Shown in pieces: positions 1-9,550 of a stretch of DNA of 64,000 nucleotides. The notes under the pieces were generated by a model, which saw only the letters and a program-made list of their open reading frames with translations, did not search any database and was not told the origin of the DNA. A program made the translations under genes and the position numbers. The stretch comes from an uncultured delta proteobacterium (GTDB lineage Bacteria > Desulfobacterota > Desulfobacteria > Desulfobacterales > B30-G6): contig CAWGLD010000004.1 in the NCBI GenBank assembly GCA_963823335.1, positions 448,001-512,000 on the forward strand, read 5' to 3'. Every line of letters starts with the position of its first letter. Positions within the stretch are counted from its first letter, which is position 1.

Positions 1-498
1 CACAAGGTCATCAAGAAGATCAACCGGATTACCCAAGAGCGTTTTATCAACACATTTAACGCCGTCAATGAAAAACTGGCCGAAGTCTTTCCACGCCTGT
101 TCGAAGGCGGTGCAGCCAAACTGGTCCTGACAGATCCGGACAAACCCCTTGAAACGGGTGTGGAATATATGATTCACCCGCCAGGTAAAAAACTGACGCG
201 CATGAGCCTCCTTTCGGGTGGTGAAAAGGCCATGTCCGCCATCGCTTTTATTTTCTCCATTTTTCTTATCAAGCCGACGTCTTTCTGCCTCATGGACGAA
301 ATCGACGCCCCCCTGGACGATGCCAATGTTTTTCGCTTCAATGACCTGCTGAAGGTAATCGGCCAGAAATCGCAGATCATCATGATCACACACAACAAGC
401 GTTCCATGGAATTTGCAGATACCCTGTTTGGCATCACCATGGGTGAAAAAGGGGTGTCCAAGATTGTCTCGGTCAACTTCGACAGGCAACCCAGCTAG
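1..498 (+). CDS. smc: Chromosome segregation protein SMC, C-terminal part (starts before window)
   Basis: Frame open from base 1; LSGGEK signature, Walker B/D-loop MDEIDAPLD, ITH motif; upstream of ftsY. Confidence 0.95.
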   Translation, partial: HKVIKKINRITQERFINTFNAVNEKLAEVFPRLFEGGAAKLVLTDPDKPLETGVEYMIHPPGKKLTRMSLLSGGEKAMSAIAFIFSIFLIKPTSFCLMDEIDAPLDDANVFRFNDLLKVIGQKSQIIMITHNKRSMEFADTLFGITMGEKGVSKIVSVNFDRQPS

Positions 499-557
499 AT
501 CAGGTGATAGCGTGACAATAGACTGTAGACAATGAACACGAAACGCCTAACAGTCTA

Positions 558-699
558 GAAGCCATCTCAAAAAAAGGGTTTTGGCTCAAGTTCAAGGCGG
601 GCCCGAACTTCAACCCGCAGGCATACTGAAGTATTCCGAGGAATTGAAGCAAGGGACCAACACAGAAATTGGGTCAAAAAACTTTTTTGAGATAGCTTC
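558..699. mobile_element. MITE copy 1 (142 bp), TIR GAAGCYATCTCAAAAAA, flanked by TA on both sides
   Basis: Terminal inverted repeats visible; homologous inverted copy at 54459-54653. Confidence 0.85.
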
Positions 700-730
700 T
701 AAACAACCTAATCGAAATAAATTAATCTTT

Positions 731-1666
731 ATGAACGGTAAGCCCTCAAACAACTCAGAGAAGAAAGGATTTTTCAGCCGTCTCAAACGGGGACTGTCAA
801 AAACGCGGGAAATCCTCACCACAGACATTGACGACCTCTTTTCGGGTAACAGAAAACTCGACGATGACCTGTTGGAAGAACTGGAAGAACTTCTGATCAC
901 ATCCGATATCGGCGTTTCCACCGCTATGGATATTATGGATAAAATCACCAAGAAGTCCTCGGAAATCCAAGATGCCCATGGTCTCAAACAGGTTCTAAAA
1001 AATGAGATCGCCGACATTATGGGTCATGTGACCCCCACCGCACAGACCGCGTCCGAAAAACCCCACGTTGTCATGGTTGTGGGAGTCAACGGTGTGGGCA
1101 AAACCACCACCATAGGCAAACTTGCGGCAAGGCAGACCAGCCAGGGCAGAAAAGTGCTTATATCAGCGGCCGACACCTTTCGCGCGGCTGCCGTCGAACA
1201 GCTCACGATCTGGGCCGAAAGAGCCCAGGCCGATATTGTCAAACACAAGGACAATGCCGACCCCTCGGCCGTCGTATTCGACAGTATCGAAGCCGCACTT
1301 TCACGCAATGTGGATATTGTTTACATCGATACGGCAGGCAGGCTTCACACCAAAATAAATCTGATGGAAGAGATCAAAAAGATCAAACGGACCATTGCCA
1401 AAAAAATACCCCAGGCCCCCCATGAAATCCTGCTGGTGCTGGATGCCACCACCGGGCAAAATGCCATTTCCCAGGCCACCCTGTTCAACGAAGCCCTGGA
1501 TATCACCGGTCTCGTCCTGACCAAGCTGGACGGCACGGCCAAGGGTGGTATCGCCGTGAGTATCTGCAGCACCTTGAATATCCCCCTCAAATACATCGGT
1601 GTGGGGGAACAGATCGACGACCTGCAGGTTTTCGACCCCAAGGCATTTGTGGAGGCGCTTTTTTAA
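731..1666 (+). CDS. ftsY: Signal recognition particle receptor FtsY
   Basis: GVNGVGKTTT, DTFRAAA, DTAGR, TKLDGTAKGG motifs; ATG 731 chosen because the longer ORF runs through the MITE. Confidence 0.95.
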   Translation: MNGKPSNNSEKKGFFSRLKRGLSKTREILTTDIDDLFSGNRKLDDDLLEELEELLITSDIGVSTAMDIMDKITKKSSEIQDAHGLKQVLKNEIADIMGHVTPTAQTASEKPHVVMVVGVNGVGKTTTIGKLAARQTSQGRKVLISAADTFRAAAVEQLTIWAERAQADIVKHKDNADPSAVVFDSIEAALSRNVDIVYIDTAGRLHTKINLMEEIKKIKRTIAKKIPQAPHEILLVLDATTGQNAISQATLFNEALDITGLVLTKLDGTAKGGIAVSICSTLNIPLKYIGVGEQIDDLQVFDPKAFVEALF

Positions 1667-2317
1667 TATCAGGAACCTTTACATGCCAGTTATTGGCTGG
1701 CTATCTCAGAAAATATCAAGTGGAAATTGCATCAATAACTCCGTAAAGATTTACTGGATTATGTAAACCAGATTCTGTCGTTACTGTTTCATACCTTATT
1801 GTTACATAATCTCTTGTTTGTAGGGCACGGTGAAAATGATGTAGTCACCTAGTTTCCAGTGATTCGTAATTTCATAGGCTTATTCAGGAAGTTAAAGCTG
1901 GCTTTCAGGTACAATTTTCATAAACCAAATTTTGAAACGTCGCCACTTGCTTATAAAAGGCCCCTTGGTTTCAACGGCGATGCTGAATTTTAAACTACGT
2001 AAACCGTAATGGTAACATTGTTACAAAAGATGGGAGTAAAAGAGATGGACACCTTCCTATCGCGTATATATTATAATAATCATCTTGACGAGAGAATCAT
2101 GATTACGAACAATAGAGCCATTATACTCAACTTTCAGATTCAATATTTGCTTGCTTATCATCCGATATACCCTTGACATATATTCAGAAATGCTACAGAG
2201 TTATTTTTTATACTTATTAATGGTGATAAAAAGTTCTATCTGGTGTCATTAACTTATTTTTTTCATGTAGCGGGATTGGCTCTACTAAAAGCCACTCTTC
2301 TAAGGGAGAACCAACGC

Positions 2318-3148
2318 ATGATTAAACGTATTCTAGTCGGATTAGGTGGAACACCCTTCACAACCGTGGCCACTAAAATTGCCACGGAGTTGGGGGATCT
2401 GCACCAGGCCCAACTCACCGGCGTGACCGTGGTGGACACCAACAAACTGGACAAGGTAGGACCTGTACCGGCGGGTGGAGCAGCCTACGCCCAGCGTATG
2501 CGCGAAAGAAAAGCCCAAATCACGAAAGAGGGGACACATCAAGCCATTGCCGCCTTCAAATCACATTGCAGTAAGCAGCAGGTGGTTTGCCGCCGCATCG
2601 AGTATGAGAAAAAAGACCCGTTTGCTGCCATGATATCCGAAGCCCGCTACAACGATCTGACAATATTTGGGCTGCGCAGCATATTCGACTACGGTTTTAC
2701 CTCCGACCCGGACAAAGCCATTATTAAATTATTGACTCAGGGGGTGCGGCCGATTCTGGCCGTGGCGGAAACCTACCGGCCCATCGAAAAAGCGCTCATC
2801 GCCTACAGCGGCTCCATGGAGTCAGCCAAAGCACTCCGCCACTTTCTCCATTTGAACCCCTGGCCGGGGGTAAGTCTTCATATCGTGCATTTCAAAGAGG
2901 GGCCCGAGAAAGAACCATTCCTGTTGAAAGATGCTGCTGAATTCTGTGACGCCCACGGTTTCGAAGTGAAAACCGATGCAGTGGAAGGACAGGCTCGAAC
3001 GAGTCTGCTGCCCTTTGCCCGGGAAAATGACGCCGATCTCATCGTCATGGGCAACAGTGTGAACAAGGCCATACTGCGGCGTCTGCTGGGTGATACGCTG
3101 CTGCAAACCATAAAGTCGGCCGACCGGGCGCTTTTCCTATCTCAATAA
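2318..3148 (+). CDS. Universal stress protein (tandem USP domains)
   Basis: IKRILVG start, IAYSGS, ADLIVMG...LLG motifs; SD-like AGGGAG before ATG 2318. Confidence 0.85.
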   Translation: MIKRILVGLGGTPFTTVATKIATELGDLHQAQLTGVTVVDTNKLDKVGPVPAGGAAYAQRMRERKAQITKEGTHQAIAAFKSHCSKQQVVCRRIEYEKKDPFAAMISEARYNDLTIFGLRSIFDYGFTSDPDKAIIKLLTQGVRPILAVAETYRPIEKALIAYSGSMESAKALRHFLHLNPWPGVSLHIVHFKEGPEKEPFLLKDAAEFCDAHGFEVKTDAVEGQARTSLLPFARENDADLIVMGNSVNKAILRRLLGDTLLQTIKSADRALFLSQ

Positions 3149-3149
3149 A

Positions 3150-5444
3150 ATGACCACAGCGAAACTAATTAGCCAGCACCACGACCCTGGCTGCAGCGGT
3201 TTGGGGCTGCTCAGTACAGCGTTGCCGCTGTTGCTCTTCATCGGCCTTTGCTATCTCTGGCCAGAAGTGGTGCGCGGGCACGTTTACCAAATCCAATGGC
3301 CCTGGATACCTAGCCTGGACCTGTACCTGCGATTTCGTCTCGACGGCCTGAGCCTGCTCTTTTGCCTGATCGTCACCGGGGCCGGTTTTTTCGTCAGCCT
3401 TTACTCTTCTTCATATATGGCCGGTCATCCACATGTGGGCCGCTATTTTGCCTTCCTGCACGCCTTCATGCTCTCCATGCTGGGGATCGTTACAGCCGAC
3501 AATCTGCTGCTGCTCTTCGTCTTTTGGGAGGGCACCACGGTCTTTTCCTATCTGCTTATCGGGTTCGACCACGAAGCGGACACCGCTCGTGACAATGCCC
3601 GTCAGGCCATTTTAATCACTAGTGCCGGCGGCTTAGCATTGCTCATCGGTATCCTGCTTTTGAAAATCGCGGGTGTCTCCTTCACCATCAGCCATTGGGT
3701 AGGGGCTGGCGATCAGATCCGTCAGCATGCCTTGTATCCTGCCATTTTTACAGCTGTATTGTTGGGCGCTATCACTAAGTCGGCTCAGTTCCCCTTTCAT
3801 TTCTGGCTACCCAATGCCATGAGCGCCCCCACGCCCGTCAGCGCCTTTTTACATGCGGCCACCATGGTCAAGGCCGGCATCTATCTGTTGATGCGCTTTC
3901 ACCCGCTGCTGGGGGGTACGCAACTGTGGATGACGACCCTGGTCCTTATCGGTGGCATCACGGCCCTGTGGGGCGCTGTGCAGGCCTTGGCCCCATCCGA
4001 CCTGAAACGGGTCCTGGCCTACACCACCATGATGGCATTGGGCATCCTGACCATGTTCCTCGGCGGCGAGACAGCGCCGGCCCTCACGGCAGCCACCACC
4101 TTTCTGCTGGTCCACGCCCTATACAAGGCCGCCCTCTTTCTGGCTGCCGGCAGCATCGACCACCAAACCGGCACCCGCCTTTTGGATCACCTCGGCGGAC
4201 TCTGGCGTGCCATGCCCCTGACCGCTCTGGCCGTGGCCGCCGCAACCATGTCCATGGCTGGATTTCCACTGTTTTTCGGATTCATCGGCAAGGAGATCAT
4301 GTACAAGGGGGCGCTGACCGAAACGGCCTATCCCGTTTTTGCCACCACCATCGCCCTGCTTTCCAACGCGTTGATGACCGGAGTGGCCGGGACCATCCTG
4401 CTCGGCGTGTTTTTCGGCAGACGCCCGACCGCCCTGGCGGCGGTCCGCGAAGTGCCCTGGACCATGCGATTCGGTCCCAGCATCATGGGCGGCCTGACCA
4501 TCCTGTTCGGCATTTTCCCCTGGTGGGTTTCCGCCAATCTGGTTCAGCCCGCCGTGCTGGCCTTTCACCCGACCAGGGAAGAGATCCACCTGAAACTCTT
4601 TCACGGATTCAACACACCGCTACTGCTCAGTCTCATCACCCTGACGCTGGGCGGACTGATCTATTTAACGCGGCAACACATGCGTATATGGGTCGGTACA
4701 CTGAGACAACGGCTGCCGGTCACATCCCAGCGCACCTATCAATTCGGCCTCGACCTGTTCATCCGAACAGCGCAAACGGTAACCAGCGGTCTGCAAAACG
4801 GATCACTGACCGCTTACCTGGCCATCATTGTGCTTTGCATGGCGGCCGCCGTGGGATGGCCCTGGTTCAGCAGCGCCAAAGCTGCCCTGAGCATACCTGT
4901 ACTGGACGGCCCCATGGCCGCCGTGGGTCTGGTATTGATGATTTTAGCCGCTACCACCGTGGTGCTCACCGCTAAAGGGCGTCTGGCCGCCATCTGCGGT
5001 TTAGGTGGTGTGGGGGCGGGAGTGGCCCTGATTTTTCTAGTATTCGGGGCGCCTGACCTTGCTCTGACGCAACTCATGGTAGAAACGCTGACCGTGATTT
5101 TCGTCTCATTGGTATTGCCACGGCTGCCCACTCTGAATCGTGAGAAAAGAAGGCCGCTGATGCGCCGAATTATGACCGCAGGCCTCTGTGCGGCCGTGGG
5201 CCTGCTGGTCACCTCCCTGCTGATGGGCGTCGTGCAGCCCCCCCTGGATCGCAGCCTGACCGCTTTTTACGAGTCTAACAGCTACCTGGCGGCCCACGGC
5301 CGCAACATCGTCAATGTCATCCTGGTCGACTTTAGGGCCCTGGACACGCTGGGCGAAATCACTGTTGTCGTACTGGCAGCCTGGGCGGGCATCGCCCTGA
5401 TCCGCAAACCCAAGGAGCGCCATCCGTGCAATCCGTCATCCTGA
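3150..5444 (+). CDS. mrpA: Mrp/Mnh Na+/H+ antiporter subunit A
   Basis: TKSAQFPFHFWLPNAMSAPTPVSAFLHAATMVKAG; C-terminal HGRNIVNVILVDFRALDTLGE. Confidence 0.93.
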   Translation: MTTAKLISQHHDPGCSGLGLLSTALPLLLFIGLCYLWPEVVRGHVYQIQWPWIPSLDLYLRFRLDGLSLLFCLIVTGAGFFVSLYSSSYMAGHPHVGRYFAFLHAFMLSMLGIVTADNLLLLFVFWEGTTVFSYLLIGFDHEADTARDNARQAILITSAGGLALLIGILLLKIAGVSFTISHWVGAGDQIRQHALYPAIFTAVLLGAITKSAQFPFHFWLPNAMSAPTPVSAFLHAATMVKAGIYLLMRFHPLLGGTQLWMTTLVLIGGITALWGAVQALAPSDLKRVLAYTTMMALGILTMFLGGETAPALTAATTFLLVHALYKAALFLAAGSIDHQTGTRLLDHLGGLWRAMPLTALAVAAATMSMAGFPLFFGFIGKEIMYKGALTETAYPVFATTIALLSNALMTGVAGTILLGVFFGRRPTALAAVREVPWTMRFGPSIMGGLTILFGIFPWWVSANLVQPAVLAFHPTREEIHLKLFHGFNTPLLLSLITLTLGGLIYLTRQHMRIWVGTLRQRLPVTSQRTYQFGLDLFIRTAQTVTSGLQNGSLTAYLAIIVLCMAAAVGWPWFSSAKAALSIPVLDGPMAAVGLVLMILAATTVVLTAKGRLAAICGLGGVGAGVALIFLVFGAPDLALTQLMVETLTVIFVSLVLPRLPTLNREKRRPLMRRIMTAGLCAAVGLLVTSLLMGVVQPPLDRSLTAFYESNSYLAAHGRNIVNVILVDFRALDTLGEITVVVLAAWAGIALIRKPKERHPCNPSS

Positions 5445-5827
5445 AAACCGCTACCCGCTTGATGGTGGGAATGATCCTGGTTTTTGCGGTCTACCTGCTG
5501 CTCCGCGGGCACCACCAGCCCGGCGGCGGCTTTGTCGCAGCATTGGTAGCCGGTACCGGCTTTGCACTGTTCGCCATTGCCGAAGGGCCTGGCAAGGTCC
5601 ACCGTGCGATTCGTGTGCTTCCCGCAACCATTGCCTTCACAGGTCTGAGCCTTGCTATAATCGCTGGACTGCCTGCTGTGTTTGCGTCCCGGCCCTTTCT
5701 AACCGGCATGTGGTGGGACCTGGGACCGAAACTATCTATGGGCACACCGCTGATTTTCGATATCGGCGTCTTTCTGGCTGTGTTGGGCGCCATTCTGGTC
5801 ATTCTGCTGACCCTGGAGGAGAGCTGA
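5426..5827 (+). CDS. mrpB: Mrp antiporter subunit B
   Basis: LLRGHHQPGGGFVAAL, FDIGVFL. Confidence 0.92.
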   Translation: MQSVILKTATRLMVGMILVFAVYLLLRGHHQPGGGFVAALVAGTGFALFAIAEGPGKVHRAIRVLPATIAFTGLSLAIIAGLPAVFASRPFLTGMWWDLGPKLSMGTPLIFDIGVFLAVLGAILVILLTLEES

Positions 5828-5828
5828 C

Positions 5829-6236
5829 ATGGAAGCACTGCTCGCCTGTCTGATTGGCCTGATGTTCGCCGCAGCTCTGTATCTAATACTCTCCGGCTCT
5901 TTGGTCAAGTTCGTCTTCGGATTCACCCTCATCGGCAATGCCGTCAACCTGCTGATCTTTACGGCTGGTCGTTTGCACCATGTACAACCGCCGTTGATTC
6001 CACCAGATCGCACCGGCCTGACCCATGCGGTTTCCAACGCCCTGCCCCAAGCCCTGATTTTGACTGCCATCGTCATCGGTTTTGCCATGGTCACCTTCGT
6101 GTTGGTCCTGTTGCTGCGCACCTATGCGCATACCGGAACATTGGACGTGGACGAGGCGTCCTTCTTGAATGAAGCCGGGGAAGATGAGCCGGAACCGGCC
6201 GGTCAGGATCAAACGGTACAAAGGCGGCCGTCATGA
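5829..6236 (+). CDS. mrpC: Mrp antiporter subunit C
   Basis: GNAVNLLIF, LPQALILTAIVIGF. Confidence 0.92.
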   Translation: MEALLACLIGLMFAAALYLILSGSLVKFVFGFTLIGNAVNLLIFTAGRLHHVQPPLIPPDRTGLTHAVSNALPQALILTAIVIGFAMVTFVLVLLLRTYAHTGTLDVDEASFLNEAGEDEPEPAGQDQTVQRRPS

Positions 6237-7729
6237 GGATCCTTCCGGCACTGCCCATATTGCTGCCCATGGCCATGGCCCTGGTCTTGTCCCTTTTGCG
6301 GAGCCACCAGCGCCGTTCCCATGGGGTTGCCCTGGCAGGGGCTGTGCTGCATCTGGCCTTGGCCATACTGCTTCTGGCCACTGTGTTGAAACAGGAAATA
6401 GCGGTTTTGTGGGTAGGGGGCTGGCCAGCACCCTTTGGCATCTGTCTGGTTGCCGATTACCTGAGCGCGGTCATGGTGTTGATCACCGCCATAATCCATA
6501 CCGCCGTGATGGCATATGCCCGCTATGACATCGACCCCGTTCAGGTGCGTACCGGCTTCTACCCCTTCATGCAGATGCTGACCGCGGCCGTCTGCGGGGC
6601 CTTTCTAACCGGCGACCTGTTCAACCTCTATGTCTGGTTCGAAGTCATGCTGATAGCTTCTTTCGGGCTGCTGGTCATGGGACGTAACCCCGGCCGACTC
6701 ACCGGAGGGGTGAAATATGTTACCGTCAATTTGATCGCCACGCTTTTTTTCATTACCGCCATCGGGTTGATCTACGGATTGACCGGCACCTTAAACATGG
6801 CCGATCTGCATGCCAAAGCCGCCGGAGTGGAGAACACAGCCCTGCTTACCGCTACCGGTATGTTACTGATGGTCGCTTTCGGCATCAAGGCAGCCCTTTT
6901 TCCCCTTTTTTTCTGGTTGCCAGCCGCGTATCACACGCTGCCGGTGTCGGTATCGGCCTTCTTTGCCGGCATGTTGAGCAAGGTGGGCGTCTATGCCCTG
7001 ATTCGCATGTTTACCCTGGTCTTTACGTCCAACATCGGGGTCACCCATGCTACCCTGCTGGTTGTCGCGGCCCTGACCATGGTCTTCGGTGTGGTGGGTG
7101 CCGCATCCCAAATGGAGATGCGCCGCATCCTCTCCTTTCATATCATCAGTCAGGTGGGGTATATGGTACTCGGCCTCGCCCTGTTTACACCCTTGGCCCT
7201 GGCCGGCACTATTGTCTACTTGATCCACCACATCGTCGTCAAAGCGAACCTTTTCCTGGTCAGCGGATTGGTACGGCACACCGGAGGGTCCTTCAACCTT
7301 AAAACAATTGGCGGACTATACAAAACCAACGGACTTCTGGCAGTTGGTTTTATCATTCCGGCCTTTGCCCTGGCCGGCTTTCCCCCCTTGTCCGGATTCT
7401 GGGCCAAGCTGCTTATCATTAAAGCCTGCCTGGAGAGCCAGCAGTACTCACTGGCGGTCCTGTCGGCAGCTGTTGGCCTGCTGACCGTCTTTTCCATGAT
7501 CAAGATCTGGTCCGAAGCTTTCTGGAAGCCGACGCCGGCCGAGGTAAACGGTTCGCCCATCAGGCGTCCCCTGTCCCCATGGATGCTCGTCCCGGTCTTG
7601 TCTCTAGCTTTAGTGACGGTGCTGTTGGGGCTTTGCATGGAGCCGGTGATTCAATTTTCCATGGTAGCGGCCGGACAGTTGATGGAACCACAGGTTTACA
7701 TCCGTGCGGTATTGGGAGGGCAACCATGA
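6233..7729 (+). CDS. mrpD: Mrp antiporter subunit D
   Basis: GDLFNLYVWFEVML, KAALFPLFFWLP, SKVGVYAL. Confidence 0.93.
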   Translation: MRILPALPILLPMAMALVLSLLRSHQRRSHGVALAGAVLHLALAILLLATVLKQEIAVLWVGGWPAPFGICLVADYLSAVMVLITAIIHTAVMAYARYDIDPVQVRTGFYPFMQMLTAAVCGAFLTGDLFNLYVWFEVMLIASFGLLVMGRNPGRLTGGVKYVTVNLIATLFFITAIGLIYGLTGTLNMADLHAKAAGVENTALLTATGMLLMVAFGIKAALFPLFFWLPAAYHTLPVSVSAFFAGMLSKVGVYALIRMFTLVFTSNIGVTHATLLVVAALTMVFGVVGAASQMEMRRILSFHIISQVGYMVLGLALFTPLALAGTIVYLIHHIVVKANLFLVSGLVRHTGGSFNLKTIGGLYKTNGLLAVGFIIPAFALAGFPPLSGFWAKLLIIKACLESQQYSLAVLSAAVGLLTVFSMIKIWSEAFWKPTPAEVNGSPIRRPLSPWMLVPVLSLALVTVLLGLCMEPVIQFSMVAAGQLMEPQVYIRAVLGGQP

Positions 7730-8202
7730 GCCTGCTGATCCTCAACCTTTTGTTTGCCGGTGTGTTTATGATCCTTCTGGGCAGCGGTAGCATTGGCGTT
7801 TTTCTGTCCGGCTTTGCGATAGGGTATACCGCCCTTTGGCTTTCAAAACCCTTGTACCAAAACAAGCGCTATTTCATGACATTGCCCAAAACCATCAATC
7901 TGATGGGCTATTTCCTCAAGGAGCTGATTGTTTCCAATCTTCGCGTCCTTTGGGATGTGATTACTCCCAGACATATAAACCGGCCAGGGATCATCGGCAT
8001 TCCGCTTGCAGCTCAAACAGACCTGGAAATTTTTGTCGTTGCCAGCCTGATTTCACTGACCCCGGGCACATTGAGCGTGGATCTGTCCGAAGACCGTAAA
8101 ACATTATTCGTCCATGTAATGTTTCTGGATGATGTAGAAAAATCCCGCGCCGAAATAAAGAACGGCCTGGAAAGGCGAATCCTGGAGGTTATGCGAAGAT
8201 GA
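7726..8202 (+). CDS. mrpE: Mrp antiporter subunit E
   Basis: ISLTPGTLSVD, LFVHVM; ATGA overlap with mrpD stop. Confidence 0.9.
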   Translation: MSLLILNLLFAGVFMILLGSGSIGVFLSGFAIGYTALWLSKPLYQNKRYFMTLPKTINLMGYFLKELIVSNLRVLWDVITPRHINRPGIIGIPLAAQTDLEIFVVASLISLTPGTLSVDLSEDRKTLFVHVMFLDDVEKSRAEIKNGLERRILEVMRR

Positions 8203-8519
8203 TATATGCAAATAACTTTATCGATCTTGCCGGCCTAGCCGCATTGGCTATGCTCCTGGTCAGCATGATCTTGGTGCTCTGGCGGATGGCCAGGGGGCCC
8301 ACGGCTGCCGACCGCGTGATCGCTCTAGACCTGCTATCCATGCTGGTGGTGGCCTTTCTGGTGACGGTATCCATTCATGCCCGTGAGACCAGCTATCTCG
8401 ATGTGGCCATTGCCTATGCTTGTATCGCGTTTTTGGGAACCGTAGCACTGGCCCGCTACATCTCGCGGACTTCATGGAAACGGCCCGAGAAGAAACAAGG
8501 AGACCAAAGGAATGGTTGA
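8199..8519 (+). CDS. mrpF: Mrp antiporter subunit F
   Basis: RGPTAADRVIALD motif. Confidence 0.9.
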   Translation: MIYANNFIDLAGLAALAMLLVSMILVLWRMARGPTAADRVIALDLLSMLVVAFLVTVSIHARETSYLDVAIAYACIAFLGTVALARYISRTSWKRPEKKQGDQRNG

Positions 8520-8847
8520 CTATGTCACAGGACTACTCATGGTATTAGGAAGTATCTTCTGCCTGGTGGCGGCCGTGGGGATCGTTCGTCTGCCCGACGC
8601 CCTGACACGCATGCACGCAGCCACGAAAGCGGGCACCCTCGGTACCGGACTGCTGATCATCGCCGAAGCACTTTTCTACCGGCAACTGGGCATTTCACTG
8701 CGAGCCGCCACCGTCATAGTGCTGGTGCTGCTGACGGCCCCGGTGGCTGCCCATCTCATCGGACGAGCCTTTTATCACAGTGGTGAGCCCCTATCAGACC
8801 GTACCTGGATCGACGAACTAAGAAGCCAAAAAAGAGAAAAATTTTAG
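8512..8847 (+). CDS. mrpG: Mrp antiporter subunit G
   Basis: RLPDALTRMHAATKAGTLG, TAPVAAH. Confidence 0.92.
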   Translation: MVDYVTGLLMVLGSIFCLVAAVGIVRLPDALTRMHAATKAGTLGTGLLIIAEALFYRQLGISLRAATVIVLVLLTAPVAAHLIGRAFYHSGEPLSDRTWIDELRSQKREKF

Positions 8848-9266
8848 CTGTCCGAAAAAAAAGCGAAACTCTATTATTATCATTCCGCGTCGGCCATTTA
8901 GTAGATGAATTAAGTTTTGCTTTTCCAAAATGATTGCCAGATGCCACTGCGGAATAGTATGCCTGTTACATTCGGGGGTCTAATTTTGATTCATAGCGGC
9001 ATATTACCCCATGGCAAAATAAAAACAAGTGTATAAAATGAGGCAGAAGATTACAAATTCGATTGGCAACTGGATCATCAAGGGTGGATGTAAAGACTTT
9101 ATCAAATTCAGAGATTGCCCTTGGGCGTTGATTATGATTTAACCTATTAAATCAATATGGTATGCTAAATAGTTTCTAATCTTCACCTATGAGGTTACAT
9201 TTCTGGCAATAAGTATGGCCCTTAGAACATCAAGGATAGTTAAGGATTAAATCCCAGTCGATACAA

Positions 9267-9548
9267 TTAGTAGGTAACGTCGAAGGTCTCGAACTCACCG
9301 GTATAGTCCTGCCAGATCACATCCACCTTGCTGACCATGGCACGCGGAGATCCTGTTTGGCACCACGCCAGCGCGGCTTTTACATCGACTTCCTCGCCTT
9401 CGAACACCGCTTCCACCGAACCATCCATTTTGTTCCGGACCCAGCCGGTAACCCCGAAACCCTCTGCTGCTTCCTTGGTTTCCACCCGGAAAAAGACGCC
9501 CTGTACTTTTCCGGTTATAATGGCATGGGCCCTGATCTTGTTTTCCAT
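9267..9548 (-). CDS. acyP: Acylphosphatase
   Basis: GKVQGVFFR, GWVRN..DGSVE. Confidence 0.92.
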   Translation of the reverse strand: MENKIRAHAIITGKVQGVFFRVETKEAAEGFGVTGWVRNKMDGSVEAVFEGEEVDVKAALAWCQTGSPRAMVSKVDVIWQDYTGEFETFDVTY

Positions 9549-9550
9549 GG

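Noticed and set aside
581-730. N-terminal extension of FtsY in the ORF track
   Set aside because: It is MITE sequence that happens to be open; the same peptide appears in spurious ORFs at 54308-54792
1699-1715. GCTATCTCAGAAAA resembling the MITE TIR
   Set aside because: Terminal bases, TA flank and internal MITE sequence are missing; may be chance
3926-4975. 349-aa alternative-frame ORF in mrpA and many antisense ORFs (e.g. 12598-13338, 35847-36563, 60172-61029)
   Set aside because: Shadow ORFs of well-supported genes with no recognisable motifs
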